From the IMG/VR virus record IMGVR_UViG_3300042934_000107: a DNA stretch of 20,622 bases, one strand, 5' to 3'. A program made the translations under genes and the position numbers. The stretch comes from an uncultured virus (IMG/VR IMGVR_UViG_3300042934_000107) (lineage: Duplodnaviria > Heunggongvirae > Uroviricota > Caudoviricetes). The notes beneath the pieces were generated by a model. The model was not told where the DNA came from and ran no database searches. It saw nothing but the letters and a program-made list of their open reading frames with translations. This document shows, piece after piece, positions 8,631 to 14,666 of this stretch (position 1 is the first letter of the stretch; each line of letters starts with the position of its first letter).

Positions 8631-8780
8631 TTATTGAACATTGAGATTCGATAATTTTTCTTGTATTTTTCTACAGATCGGAGTTATTTTCCCATCACAC
8701 CATTTGATGTTACCTGTGCATTTATTTTTATACTTACATTTAAGGTAAGTATTTACTACAACATTAGTTAATTCTAACAT
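8631..8780 (-). CDS. Hypothetical 49-aa protein with four Cys
   Basis: TGATG overlap with the repL stop; GGGGTG RBS; MLELTNVVVNTYLKCKYKNKCTGNIKWCDGKITPICRK. Confidence 0.45.
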   Translation of the reverse strand: MLELTNVVVNTYLKCKYKNKCTGNIKWCDGKITPICRKIQEKLSNLNVQ

Positions 8781-9280
8781 CACAACTCACCCCACTTTCT
8801 ATCACCCATTACCTTAACTCTGTAGTTCTTAAACATTGTCTTTAATACGTTCTGAATACGCTGTCCTTTGCAAAACAACCAAGGATTAATGAAATACTGA
8901 ATCCCTCTGCTATTTCTACCACGATATAATATATCTTTCTTAATCAGTGAGTTAATTGCAGCAGATACAGCACCACGGCTCATTCCTGATATCTTGATCA
9001 TATCGTCAAATCCTAACTCATTACCATTATCATGCTTTAAGCAACAATCTTCATATCCAACATATACAGCCATACAAAACAAAAACGCCTTTTCAGGCGT
9101 AGATAATATTTGAAACATCTTTCTTAATTCAGCTGTGTTACCTTTATAGAAATGTTCCAACTTCCACACTTGATAGTTTTCTAGATATTCAATACTCTCT
9201 TTGCGAAGGATTCTATCGCCTTCATTAATCTGACCAATTATCTGACCGTCACTATCAATAATAGTAGCTTTTTTAACCAA
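8780..9280 (-). CDS. repL: RepL-family (Firmicute plasmid/phage) replication/maintenance protein, winged HTH
   Basis: 166 aa; HTH (FDDMIKISGMSRGAVSAAINSLIKKDIL) followed by YFINPWLFCKG, the Y.NP...KG signature; TTG start with GGAGG RBS. Confidence 0.7.
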   Translation of the reverse strand: MVKKATIIDSDGQIIGQINEGDRILRKESIEYLENYQVWKLEHFYKGNTAELRKMFQILSTPEKAFLFCMAVYVGYEDCCLKHDNGNELGFDDMIKISGMSRGAVSAAINSLIKKDILYRGRNSRGIQYFINPWLFCKGQRIQNVLKTMFKNYRVKVMGDRKWGEL

Positions 9281-9293
9281 TTAGCACCTCCTA

Positions 9294-9341
9294 AGTTCAT
9301 GTGGTGAACTAAATAAGCCGTTTTAGTTCATGTGGTGAACT
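9294..9341. repeat. Two identical 17-bp palindromic direct repeats AGTTCATGTGGTGAACT (candidate RepL sites/iterons)
   Basis: Copies at 9294-9310 and 9325-9341 (31-bp period); each is AGTTCA-N5-TGAACT; directly next to the repL RBS at 9287-9291. Confidence 0.85.
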
Positions 9342-9414
9342 TGATAAAAAACCTGCAATCCCATGCTACATAAGGCTTCACAGGCGTTTTTTCGTGATGT
9401 TGTCCCTCTTATTC

Positions 9415-9504
9415 TTAATCCATACTTCTTCCATTAACGAATCCCATCCAAAATCCAGCAAAATAAACTACAATTATACATCCAGCTAACTCAATTTGAG
9501 ACAC
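9415..9504 (-). CDS. Possible 29-aa hydrophobic membrane peptide
   Basis: GTG start after GAGGAG; MSQIELAGCIIVVYFAGFWMGFVNGRSMD. Confidence 0.35.
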   Translation of the reverse strand: MSQIELAGCIIVVYFAGFWMGFVNGRSMD

Positions 9505-9508
9505 ACAA

Positions 9509-9937
9509 TCACTCCTCCACAATATTGACGTTGATCTCAACAGGTTTATCTTTATCGCCGGATAACTCTGTCTTATCAGTAAACAATTTCAAATGCTTGC
9601 CTAACAACTCTAATGATCTATTAGCACCACTAGAATCAAATTTAAACTCACCAGTAGGCTGACCTTCTCTATCCACTATAGCTTCTATCTGCATACACCT
9701 TTCAGCAACAGTTTTTAGGCTATTAATTATATAGTCTGCTGTAACAAGCGTACGTTGCTCTCTAAGCTTCAATTGTTCATCAATAGCCTCTTGCACCTTA
9801 GCATTACTTAATAACCTACTAGCCTGCACCTCAGCAGTCTTAGCACTATATCCTGCCCTTATAGCAGCTTGCTTACCATTCCTGTCAACAAGGTATTCAG
9901 ATACAAATACACTTTGTTGAGCCGTTAATATACTCAT
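9509..9937 (-). CDS. terS: Terminase small subunit (Terminase_2 family)
   Basis: LTAQQSVFVSEYLVDRNGKQAAIRAGYSAKTAEVQASRLL and ANRSLELLGKHLKLFTDK motifs. Confidence 0.95.
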   Translation of the reverse strand: MSILTAQQSVFVSEYLVDRNGKQAAIRAGYSAKTAEVQASRLLSNAKVQEAIDEQLKLREQRTLVTADYIINSLKTVAERCMQIEAIVDREGQPTGEFKFDSSGANRSLELLGKHLKLFTDKTELSGDKDKPVEINVNIVEE

Positions 9938-9968
9938 ACCTTAACACCTCCTTAACTATTAACCTCAT

Positions 9969-10004
9969 AAAACAAGCAACTACCCTAAAGTAATTGCCTG
10001 TTTT
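9969..10004 (-). terminator. Intrinsic terminator-like hairpin
   Basis: Minus strand AAAACAGGCAATTAC-TTTAGG-GTAGTTGCTTGTTTT; the mismatches are G-U pairs only on the minus strand. Confidence 0.65.
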
Positions 10005-10023
10005 ACAACTTCAATAATAATTT

Positions 10024-10058
10024 AAACAAGAAAAGCCACTCACAATTAAGTGAATGGC
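10024..10058 (-). terminator. Intrinsic terminator after tRNA
   Basis: Minus strand GCCATTCAC-TTAATT-GTGAGTGGC then TTTTCTTGTTT. Confidence 0.8.
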
Positions 10059-10066
10059 ATAATATT

Positions 10067-10144
10067 TGGTCTGGATAGTAGGACTCGAACCTACGACTTC
10101 CTCCTTCCAAGGGAGGCACTCTGCACAAACTGAGCTATATCCAG
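10067..10144 (-). tRNA. trnP: tRNA-Pro(UGG), CCA encoded
   Basis: Acceptor CTGGATA/TATCCAG, D stem GCTC/GAGT, anticodon arm CCTCC-CTTGGAA-GGAGG, T arm GTAGG-TTCGAGT-CCTAC, A73 then CCA; C1-G72 and A73 are Pro identity elements. Confidence 0.92.
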
Positions 10145-10289
10145 ATATCAATTTCCCACAAGGGGAATCGCTGGGCATTGCATCACACTTCCGATACACT
10201 TTTACATCTGCGCTCAGCGATTATAAGTTTGTATACAGCAGTCCTTTCAAAAAGTTTGAAGAGCAAATTTCCATTCCTGCTATGATATT

Positions 10290-10331
10290 ATTTTATCACC
10301 TATTTAGACGATTACACTGCAAAATTAGCAG
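10290..10331 (-). promoter_or_regulatory. Putative activator-dependent late promoter
   Basis: Extended -10 TGATAAAAT (10290-10298) with no good -35; short inverted repeat CTGC-N7-GCAG (10317-10331) in the 3' end of the activator gene, where RinA/Ltr-type activators usually bind. Confidence 0.5.
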
Positions 10332-10737
10332 GTACTTGGCATGTAATGGACAGTATTTCGTTTAATTCATCTAATGCCTTACGCCTGTACCTTCCAAACT
10401 GATCTCTACCTATATTCATGGTTGACATTACCTCATATCGTCTCTGCCGTTCGTAATAATATTTACTGATTAATTTCTTGCAATCATTATCCAATGCATT
10501 GTATGCTAATTCTATGGCTCTAACCTGCCTACTAGTTTGTGGTATGCTTGCACGCTTAACACCCAAATTCGCAGTTTGGTTGCTAATTCCTGATCCGTGA
10601 GGCATACCCTCATAACTAGCTGTCATACTTGGGAACAAACCGAATAACTTTTCTTCTTCAATGCTAGCCTGGCTCTTAAGTCTGGGATAGCTTCTTAATA
10701 TCGTCTCTATCTCACTGTCAGTATATAGTTTTGGCAT
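10312..10737 (-). CDS. ArpU/RinA-family late transcription/packaging activator
   Basis: SYEGMPHGSG, AIELAYNAL...LISKYY and C-terminal sigma-region-4-like HTH (RYRRKAL); last substantial gene before terS. Confidence 0.8.
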   Translation of the reverse strand: MPKLYTDSEIETILRSYPRLKSQASIEEEKLFGLFPSMTASYEGMPHGSGISNQTANLGVKRASIPQTSRQVRAIELAYNALDNDCKKLISKYYYERQRRYEVMSTMNIGRDQFGRYRRKALDELNEILSITCQVPANFAV

Positions 10738-10747
10738 ATATACCTCC

Positions 10748-10993
10748 CTACATTATTTCGCTTAATGGATACCACTTGTAAATTTCTTCTTCTGACCAGT
10801 CATCGTTAAAAATAGTTTTTGTCATTATAGGTATCATCACCATAGCTCCTGATTTAATCTTTTTCCAAAACAAAATACCGCATTCTCTTGAACTAAACTT
10901 AATGATTTTCCCTTGCATTATTTTATCTCCATAATTAACTAATACAATTTGTCCAATCTTAAAATCATCATTATTAGTGTACAGTTTCGGCAT
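10748..10993 (-). CDS. Hypothetical protein (SH3/KOW-like N-terminus possible)
   Basis: 81 aa; AGGAGG RBS; FKIGQIVLV...GKII pattern. Confidence 0.6.
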   Translation of the reverse strand: MPKLYTNNDDFKIGQIVLVNYGDKIMQGKIIKFSSRECGILFWKKIKSGAMVMIPIMTKTIFNDDWSEEEIYKWYPLSEIM

Positions 10994-11004
10994 GTGTTAC
11001 CTCC

Positions 11005-11229
11005 TTACCTAATTTGAGTTACAGAAGTAGATTCATATCCATATACAATTACAATCTCATGACCCAAATTATCAACATACGTTACTACGGTCGACGTTGT
11101 TGCGTTGTGATATTTTTCAAAAGAATCTATCTTTTTCCACTGTCCCGACTGTTCTTCATTTTCTTTCGAACCATTGCAGCCAGTTAACGCCAAACTAACT
11201 AACAATATCAATATAATTTTAGTTTTCAT
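11005..11229 (-). CDS. Small lipoprotein (74 aa)
   Basis: Likely start at ATG 11229: MKTKIILILLVSLALTG-C, with a basic N-region, hydrophobic core and lipobox LTGC. Confidence 0.75.
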   Translation of the reverse strand: MKTKIILILLVSLALTGCNGSKENEEQSGQWKKIDSFEKYHNATTSTVVTYVDNLGHEIVIVYGYESTSVTQIR

Positions 11230-11348
11230 ATCCCTCTCTCCTTGCTCATTACAGCCTGTAAATATCCATCCGTATAGTAGATCATGCAAACTGCTTTAAA
11301 CCCCTTTCTAAGCCAACGGTGCGCTTTATGATAGGATACTTGTATCAT
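11226..11348 (-). CDS. Hypothetical 40-aa protein
   Basis: GGAGGTG RBS; MIQVSYHKAHRWLRKGFKAV; ATGA overlap with the lipoprotein gene. Confidence 0.55.
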   Translation of the reverse strand: MIQVSYHKAHRWLRKGFKAVCMIYYTDGYLQAVMSKERGI

Positions 11349-11359
11349 GTTTCCACCTC

Positions 11360-11563
11360 CTAATAACTTAAAAGGTTTTTGATTATATCCTTAGTCTCTT
11401 GTTTGCCATTCTCCTGAAAATACTTTATTACAACCTTGTACTTTTTAAGATCTATAAGTATCCCTAGCAACTCGTCATAAAATTCTATATCCTTTTTATC
11501 TGTTTCAGATAACGACTTTAATTCGTTTAAATCTTTTATATATACATCTACTAAGTCCACCAA
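11360..11563 (-). CDS. Hypothetical protein
   Basis: 67 aa; GGGGTG RBS; tightly packed with neighbours. Confidence 0.55.
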   Translation of the reverse strand: MVDLVDVYIKDLNELKSLSETDKKDIEFYDELLGILIDLKKYKVVIKYFQENGKQETKDIIKNLLSY

Positions 11564-11716
11564 TCAAACACCCCACTCAACTAAAAGTTTATCATCGTAA
11601 TATTTAACAACTAAATCCAACGCCTTGCCATAATGCACGCTTCTTTTGCATTTAAACTCTTGATTGTGTGCTTTCTTCCAAAACATATTGAAATTTTTAC
11701 CCATTCCTCTTTTCAT
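11564..11716 (-). CDS. Hypothetical 50-aa protein
   Basis: GGGGTGG RBS; MKRGMGKNFNMFWKK...EWGV. Confidence 0.5.
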   Translation of the reverse strand: MKRGMGKNFNMFWKKAHNQEFKCKRSVHYGKALDLVVKYYDDKLLVEWGV

Positions 11717-11880
11717 GCTTCACACCACCCCAGCATATCAAACTCTCTACTCTTCCTCACCACATACTGATTGCAAGTATCCCGCCTCTGGTGAGTCATG
11801 CCACGTTTATGACACATGATTTCTCTGCCGTCAATACGTTTTTTCAAGTTTTGACAACGGTCGCATTTACTAGTCATCAT
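11713..11880 (-). CDS. Hypothetical 55-aa Cys-rich protein (CxxC)
   Basis: MMTSKCDRCQNL...MC...TC; ATGA overlap with the next gene. Confidence 0.5.
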   Translation of the reverse strand: MMTSKCDRCQNLKKRIDGREIMCHKRGMTHQRRDTCNQYVVRKSREFDMLGWCEA

Positions 11881-11886
11881 TTACAC

Positions 11887-12030
11887 CTACCATTTTTTAA
11901 GTTCAATAGAAATTTCTATTTCTCTTAAAATTTGTATTTTAGAATCAAGTTGCATTCGATCATTTTCTAGCTTCTTAATCGAATTTCTGATATATTGCAC
12001 TATCTTTTGCGTGATAACATTATCGCTCAT
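11887..12030 (-). CDS. Hypothetical 47-aa coiled-coil protein
   Basis: GGGAGG RBS; MSDNVITQKIVQYIRNSIKKLE. Confidence 0.5.
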   Translation of the reverse strand: MSDNVITQKIVQYIRNSIKKLENDRMQLDSKIQILREIEISIELKKW

Positions 12031-12547
12031 CTTTCTTAGCCTCCCAAGCCATATACAAGTCCACATAGTTTGACAAATCCCTCAAAGTGTCCCTAATTGA
12101 CTCATCCTTGACTTTTTGCGTATCACTGAATAGCAGAGTCTCAAACCTATTAAACTTGTCTGCTAGGCGTATGTACAAGCCTTGTAGCGGATCTATATTG
12201 TTACTGACTAATTTGTCCATGATCTTGTCAAAGCTGTTGCCGTAGTCGGAGTTTTTATCGACTACTAGGTTGTATTTTCCTATCAACACACTGTATAACT
12301 CAGGTAACTTCATAGCTTGTTCAGCTTCTTTTTCTGCTAATCTCCTACGCTGTTCACTGCCAGTTATAACTTTGCTTGGATCTGCTGATTCAATTTCATC
12401 ATCTTCTACAACTTCCGCATCTTTTATATGTACAGAATGCTCCTCGCTTTTTTCGATGTACCATTCTCCTTTTAAATAATAATCGTCTAATATCTCGCCC
12501 TCTTTATTTTCATACCACCAATTGCCATTTATTATTTTAATCTTCAT
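12020..12547 (-). CDS. Nucleotide modification associated domain 1 (Nmad1/DUF1599)-like protein
   Basis: KNSDYGNSF...IRLADKFNR...KVKDESIRDTLRDLSNY motif in the C-terminal half. Confidence 0.75.
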   Translation of the reverse strand: MKIKIINGNWWYENKEGEILDDYYLKGEWYIEKSEEHSVHIKDAEVVEDDEIESADPSKVITGSEQRRRLAEKEAEQAMKLPELYSVLIGKYNLVVDKNSDYGNSFDKIMDKLVSNNIDPLQGLYIRLADKFNRFETLLFSDTQKVKDESIRDTLRDLSNYVDLYMAWEAKKDER

Positions 12548-12834
12548 TACTCAATCACCTCACCATCATTATTGTTCCTCGCCCACCAAATGAATTTAAC
12601 AGCCATTGCAGCCACTTGTACCAATTCACCCTCTAATTCTTCCATATTTCGTTTGTGTGGCTTTTTCTTTACGTGTTCCCACACTTCATCAACTTCTTCA
12701 AGCAAAACGCCATATGCCTCATGTTCTGAGTTGAATTGTGGATATTTACCATTAGCTTTATCTAGTTCAAAATAAACTTTGTCAAGAATATCAATAACTC
12801 CAAACGGTTCTAATTCCTCATACATATCATCCAA
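12547..12834 (-). CDS. MazG-like all-alpha NTP pyrophosphohydrolase domain protein
   Basis: HEAYGVLLEEVDEVWE...ELVQVAAMA motif. Confidence 0.65.
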   Translation of the reverse strand: MDDMYEELEPFGVIDILDKVYFELDKANGKYPQFNSEHEAYGVLLEEVDEVWEHVKKKPHKRNMEELEGELVQVAAMAVKFIWWARNNNDGEVIE

Positions 12835-13300
12835 CCTCGCTTTTCTTTAAATACATGTCGCTGTAAGTTACCCCCACCGCAATAGCTGCCCAAACATCCT
12901 TACTAACTCCATAAAACCACCCTGGTGACTTCTTAGTACCTACCACTCCAAACCTATCTATCAAAGCCTGTCTTATATTTCCGTCCTTGGCTTTCATAGT
13001 GTGGCATAGGTTGATTTTTTCATCCTTGCGGTATATGTAGGTTACCTCTGAGTTTTTTGAAGCCTCCTGCGTAAATCTACCAATCCAAACGCAAGTGTCA
13101 AACACTTCTTTGCCTACTGCCATACCATACGATGCGATCATTTCTATTGCTACGTGTTTTATTTTGTATTTGTTTATCAATTTGCAAATTTGCAGCATCA
13201 AAGTATGATTACTCCATTTACAAAATTCAATAGGCTTTAGGTTTTCATCAAGTACCACATATGCACTCTCAATATTGCCTGGATCAATAGCTAATATCAT
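12827..13300 (-). CDS. RuvC-like Holliday junction resolvase
   Basis: ILAIDPG, VAIEM and KDVWAAIAVG give an RNase H-fold catalytic pattern. Confidence 0.75.
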   Translation of the reverse strand: MILAIDPGNIESAYVVLDENLKPIEFCKWSNHTLMLQICKLINKYKIKHVAIEMIASYGMAVGKEVFDTCVWIGRFTQEASKNSEVTYIYRKDEKINLCHTMKAKDGNIRQALIDRFGVVGTKKSPGWFYGVSKDVWAAIAVGVTYSDMYLKKSEVG

Positions 13301-13304
13301 CTAC

Positions 13305-13532
13305 TCACTCTGCCTCCCCATCAGTACAATAATCCCAATCTCTACCCCATTTAGTTGCTATACTTTTAGGATATAACTCATACGCACCATTCCTCATGTT
13401 TACAACCACAATCGGATATCCAAGCTTACTAGCCAGTACTCTTGCTCCTTCGCTCCACTGTTCCAGCTTACTGGGAGCAGTCACCTTATCTGCCAGTCGC
13501 TGAAAGTCTAGGATTTCTTGCTGATCGTTCAT
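13305..13532 (-). CDS. Hypothetical protein
   Basis: 75 aa; AAGGAG RBS. Confidence 0.6.
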   Translation of the reverse strand: MNDQQEILDFQRLADKVTAPSKLEQWSEGARVLASKLGYPIVVVNMRNGAYELYPKSIATKWGRDWDYCTDGEAE

Positions 13533-13720
13533 GATGGTTGCTCCTTATTAACATTAAGAAGATCTCCTTTTACTTCAAAATAAATATATCTACTACTTTT
13601 CTTAGAAGGTTCTGTTATCCCGTGCTTAGCAAGGATATTTTTAACAAATCTATATTGTGATAATGAAACCTTAATCCTCGTATACCTCTCTCCGGCTATT
13701 TCAAACAATTTCATTTCCAT
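13529..13720 (-). CDS. Hypothetical protein
   Basis: 63 aa; GGAGGGG RBS; ATGA overlap. Confidence 0.55.
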   Translation of the reverse strand: MEMKLFEIAGERYTRIKVSLSQYRFVKNILAKHGITEPSKKSSRYIYFEVKGDLLNVNKEQPS

Positions 13721-13721
13721 C

Positions 13722-13880
13722 CTACTTCCCCTCCATCCTCTTCTTCAAAAACTCCACAGCCATACTAGCATCACTAAACCCACGGTCATACTCATCTACA
13801 TTCCTAATATTCACCTTGCACAATAACCCAACTATCACACCTATGATAAACGCTACCAGTCCGATGATTGCGTATTCCAT
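13722..13880 (-). CDS. 52-aa single-pass membrane protein
   Basis: AGGAGG RBS; MEYAIIGLVAFIIGVIVGLLCK. Confidence 0.6.
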   Translation of the reverse strand: MEYAIIGLVAFIIGVIVGLLCKVNIRNVDEYDRGFSDASMAVEFLKKRMEGK

Positions 13881-13882
13881 GG

Positions 13883-14239
13883 TTATTCCTCCTTGATTAA
13901 TAGGTCTGCATTTTGGTGGATGTTGCCGATTACCTCGACCGCTGGCTCTTGTCCGACGTACACGATTTTTCTTTCTCTTTCAATCGTGAACCCTAAAAAT
14001 CTGCCGTTATTTTCATCCCATTCCACAACTGCCACCACACCATTTCTGGTTTTAAATATATCACCCTCATAAATCTCCACGCCGTTTTTATCTTTTAATC
14101 CTGTGTACTGCATTACAGAATCAAAAGGTGCATCATTATAATCCTCATAGTCTCTACCGCTTCTAAATGTCTTTCCATCTGCAAGTATTGGATTGTACAT
14201 TTTAGTTCCATCCCACGCCCTGAATTTAATCTCCCTCAC
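13883..14239 (-). CDS. yopX: YopX family protein
   Basis: REIKFRAWD, MQYTGLKDKNGVEIYEGDI and EVIGNIHQN motifs. Confidence 0.92.
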   Translation of the reverse strand: MREIKFRAWDGTKMYNPILADGKTFRSGRDYEDYNDAPFDSVMQYTGLKDKNGVEIYEGDIFKTRNGVVAVVEWDENNGRFLGFTIERERKIVYVGQEPAVEVIGNIHQNADLLIKEE

Positions 14240-14253
14240 AATTACAGCCTCCC

Positions 14254-14487
14254 CTAATGTTTTCTCAACGTCCTCACCGCAAACCCATTCTCAATCATGT
14301 CTTCCTTGCTTTTAAATCCGTGGCGATTTGCATGTACATATGTCAATACTTCCTCACCACAAATAGTACATTTATACCGTTTCGCCCTTGGTGATTTATC
14401 ATATTTAGAAGGTACGGTATTGCCTATTTGCAAGTACCTCTCTGTGTTACACGCTTGTACTCCTGCATATCTGCTTAATCTAGACAT
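14254..14487 (-). CDS. C2H2-type (Ros/MucR-like) zinc-finger protein
   Basis: CTICGEEVLTYVHANRHG; GGAGG RBS. Confidence 0.55.
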   Translation of the reverse strand: MSRLSRYAGVQACNTERYLQIGNTVPSKYDKSPRAKRYKCTICGEEVLTYVHANRHGFKSKEDMIENGFAVRTLRKH

Positions 14488-14666
14488 GTTAAACCTCCAT
14501 AATACAACCTCTCAATTTCGCGATTTAAGCGTTTTAATTTACGCTTGTATGTGTTTCTATGTCTACCATTTAAAGTAACGTCTGTGATTAAATTTGACCG
14601 TTTCTCTTGCATTTCTATAATCGAGTTCCTATTCTTATTTCCAGTAAGCCAGTCCATAATCAACAC
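14475..14666 (-). CDS. Hypothetical basic protein
   Basis: 63 aa; overlaps the helicase stop; start uncertain. Confidence 0.5.
   Translation of the reverse strand: MLIMDWLTGNKNRNSIIEMQEKRSNLITDVTLNGRHRNTYKRKLKRLNREIERLYYGGLTCLD

Noticed and set aside
8608..8695. Pseudogene extension of the 8402 ORF from ATG 8695 through two in-frame stops
   Set aside because: The interval is covered by an intact 49-aa ORF (8631-8780) in another frame, and the 8402 ORF has its own RBS at GTG 8575.
8730..8752. Inverted repeat ATACTTAC-N7-GTAAGTAT
   Set aside because: AT-rich, weak, inside a probable small ORF, and without a U tract on the coding strand; function unsupported.
9294..9341. Mini-CRISPR interpretation of the palindromic repeats
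   Set aside because: Only two 17-bp copies with a 14-bp spacer and no cas genes; better explained as protein-binding sites.
10067..10144. tRNA as prophage attachment site or boundary
   Set aside because: Co-oriented phage genes continue on both sides; no integrase or duplicated 3' tRNA fragment in the window.
10011..10199. 62-aa minus-strand ORF
   Set aside because: It overlaps the tRNA-Pro and its terminator; the tRNA explains the sequence.
10220..10250. Separate sigma-A promoter for the tRNA (TTGAAA...TATAAT)
   Set aside because: The 19-bp spacing is suboptimal; cannot be supported without TSS data.
11230..11289. N-terminal extension of the lipoprotein given in the ORF track
   Set aside because: It overlaps a separate 40-aa ORF; the signal peptide begins at ATG 11229.
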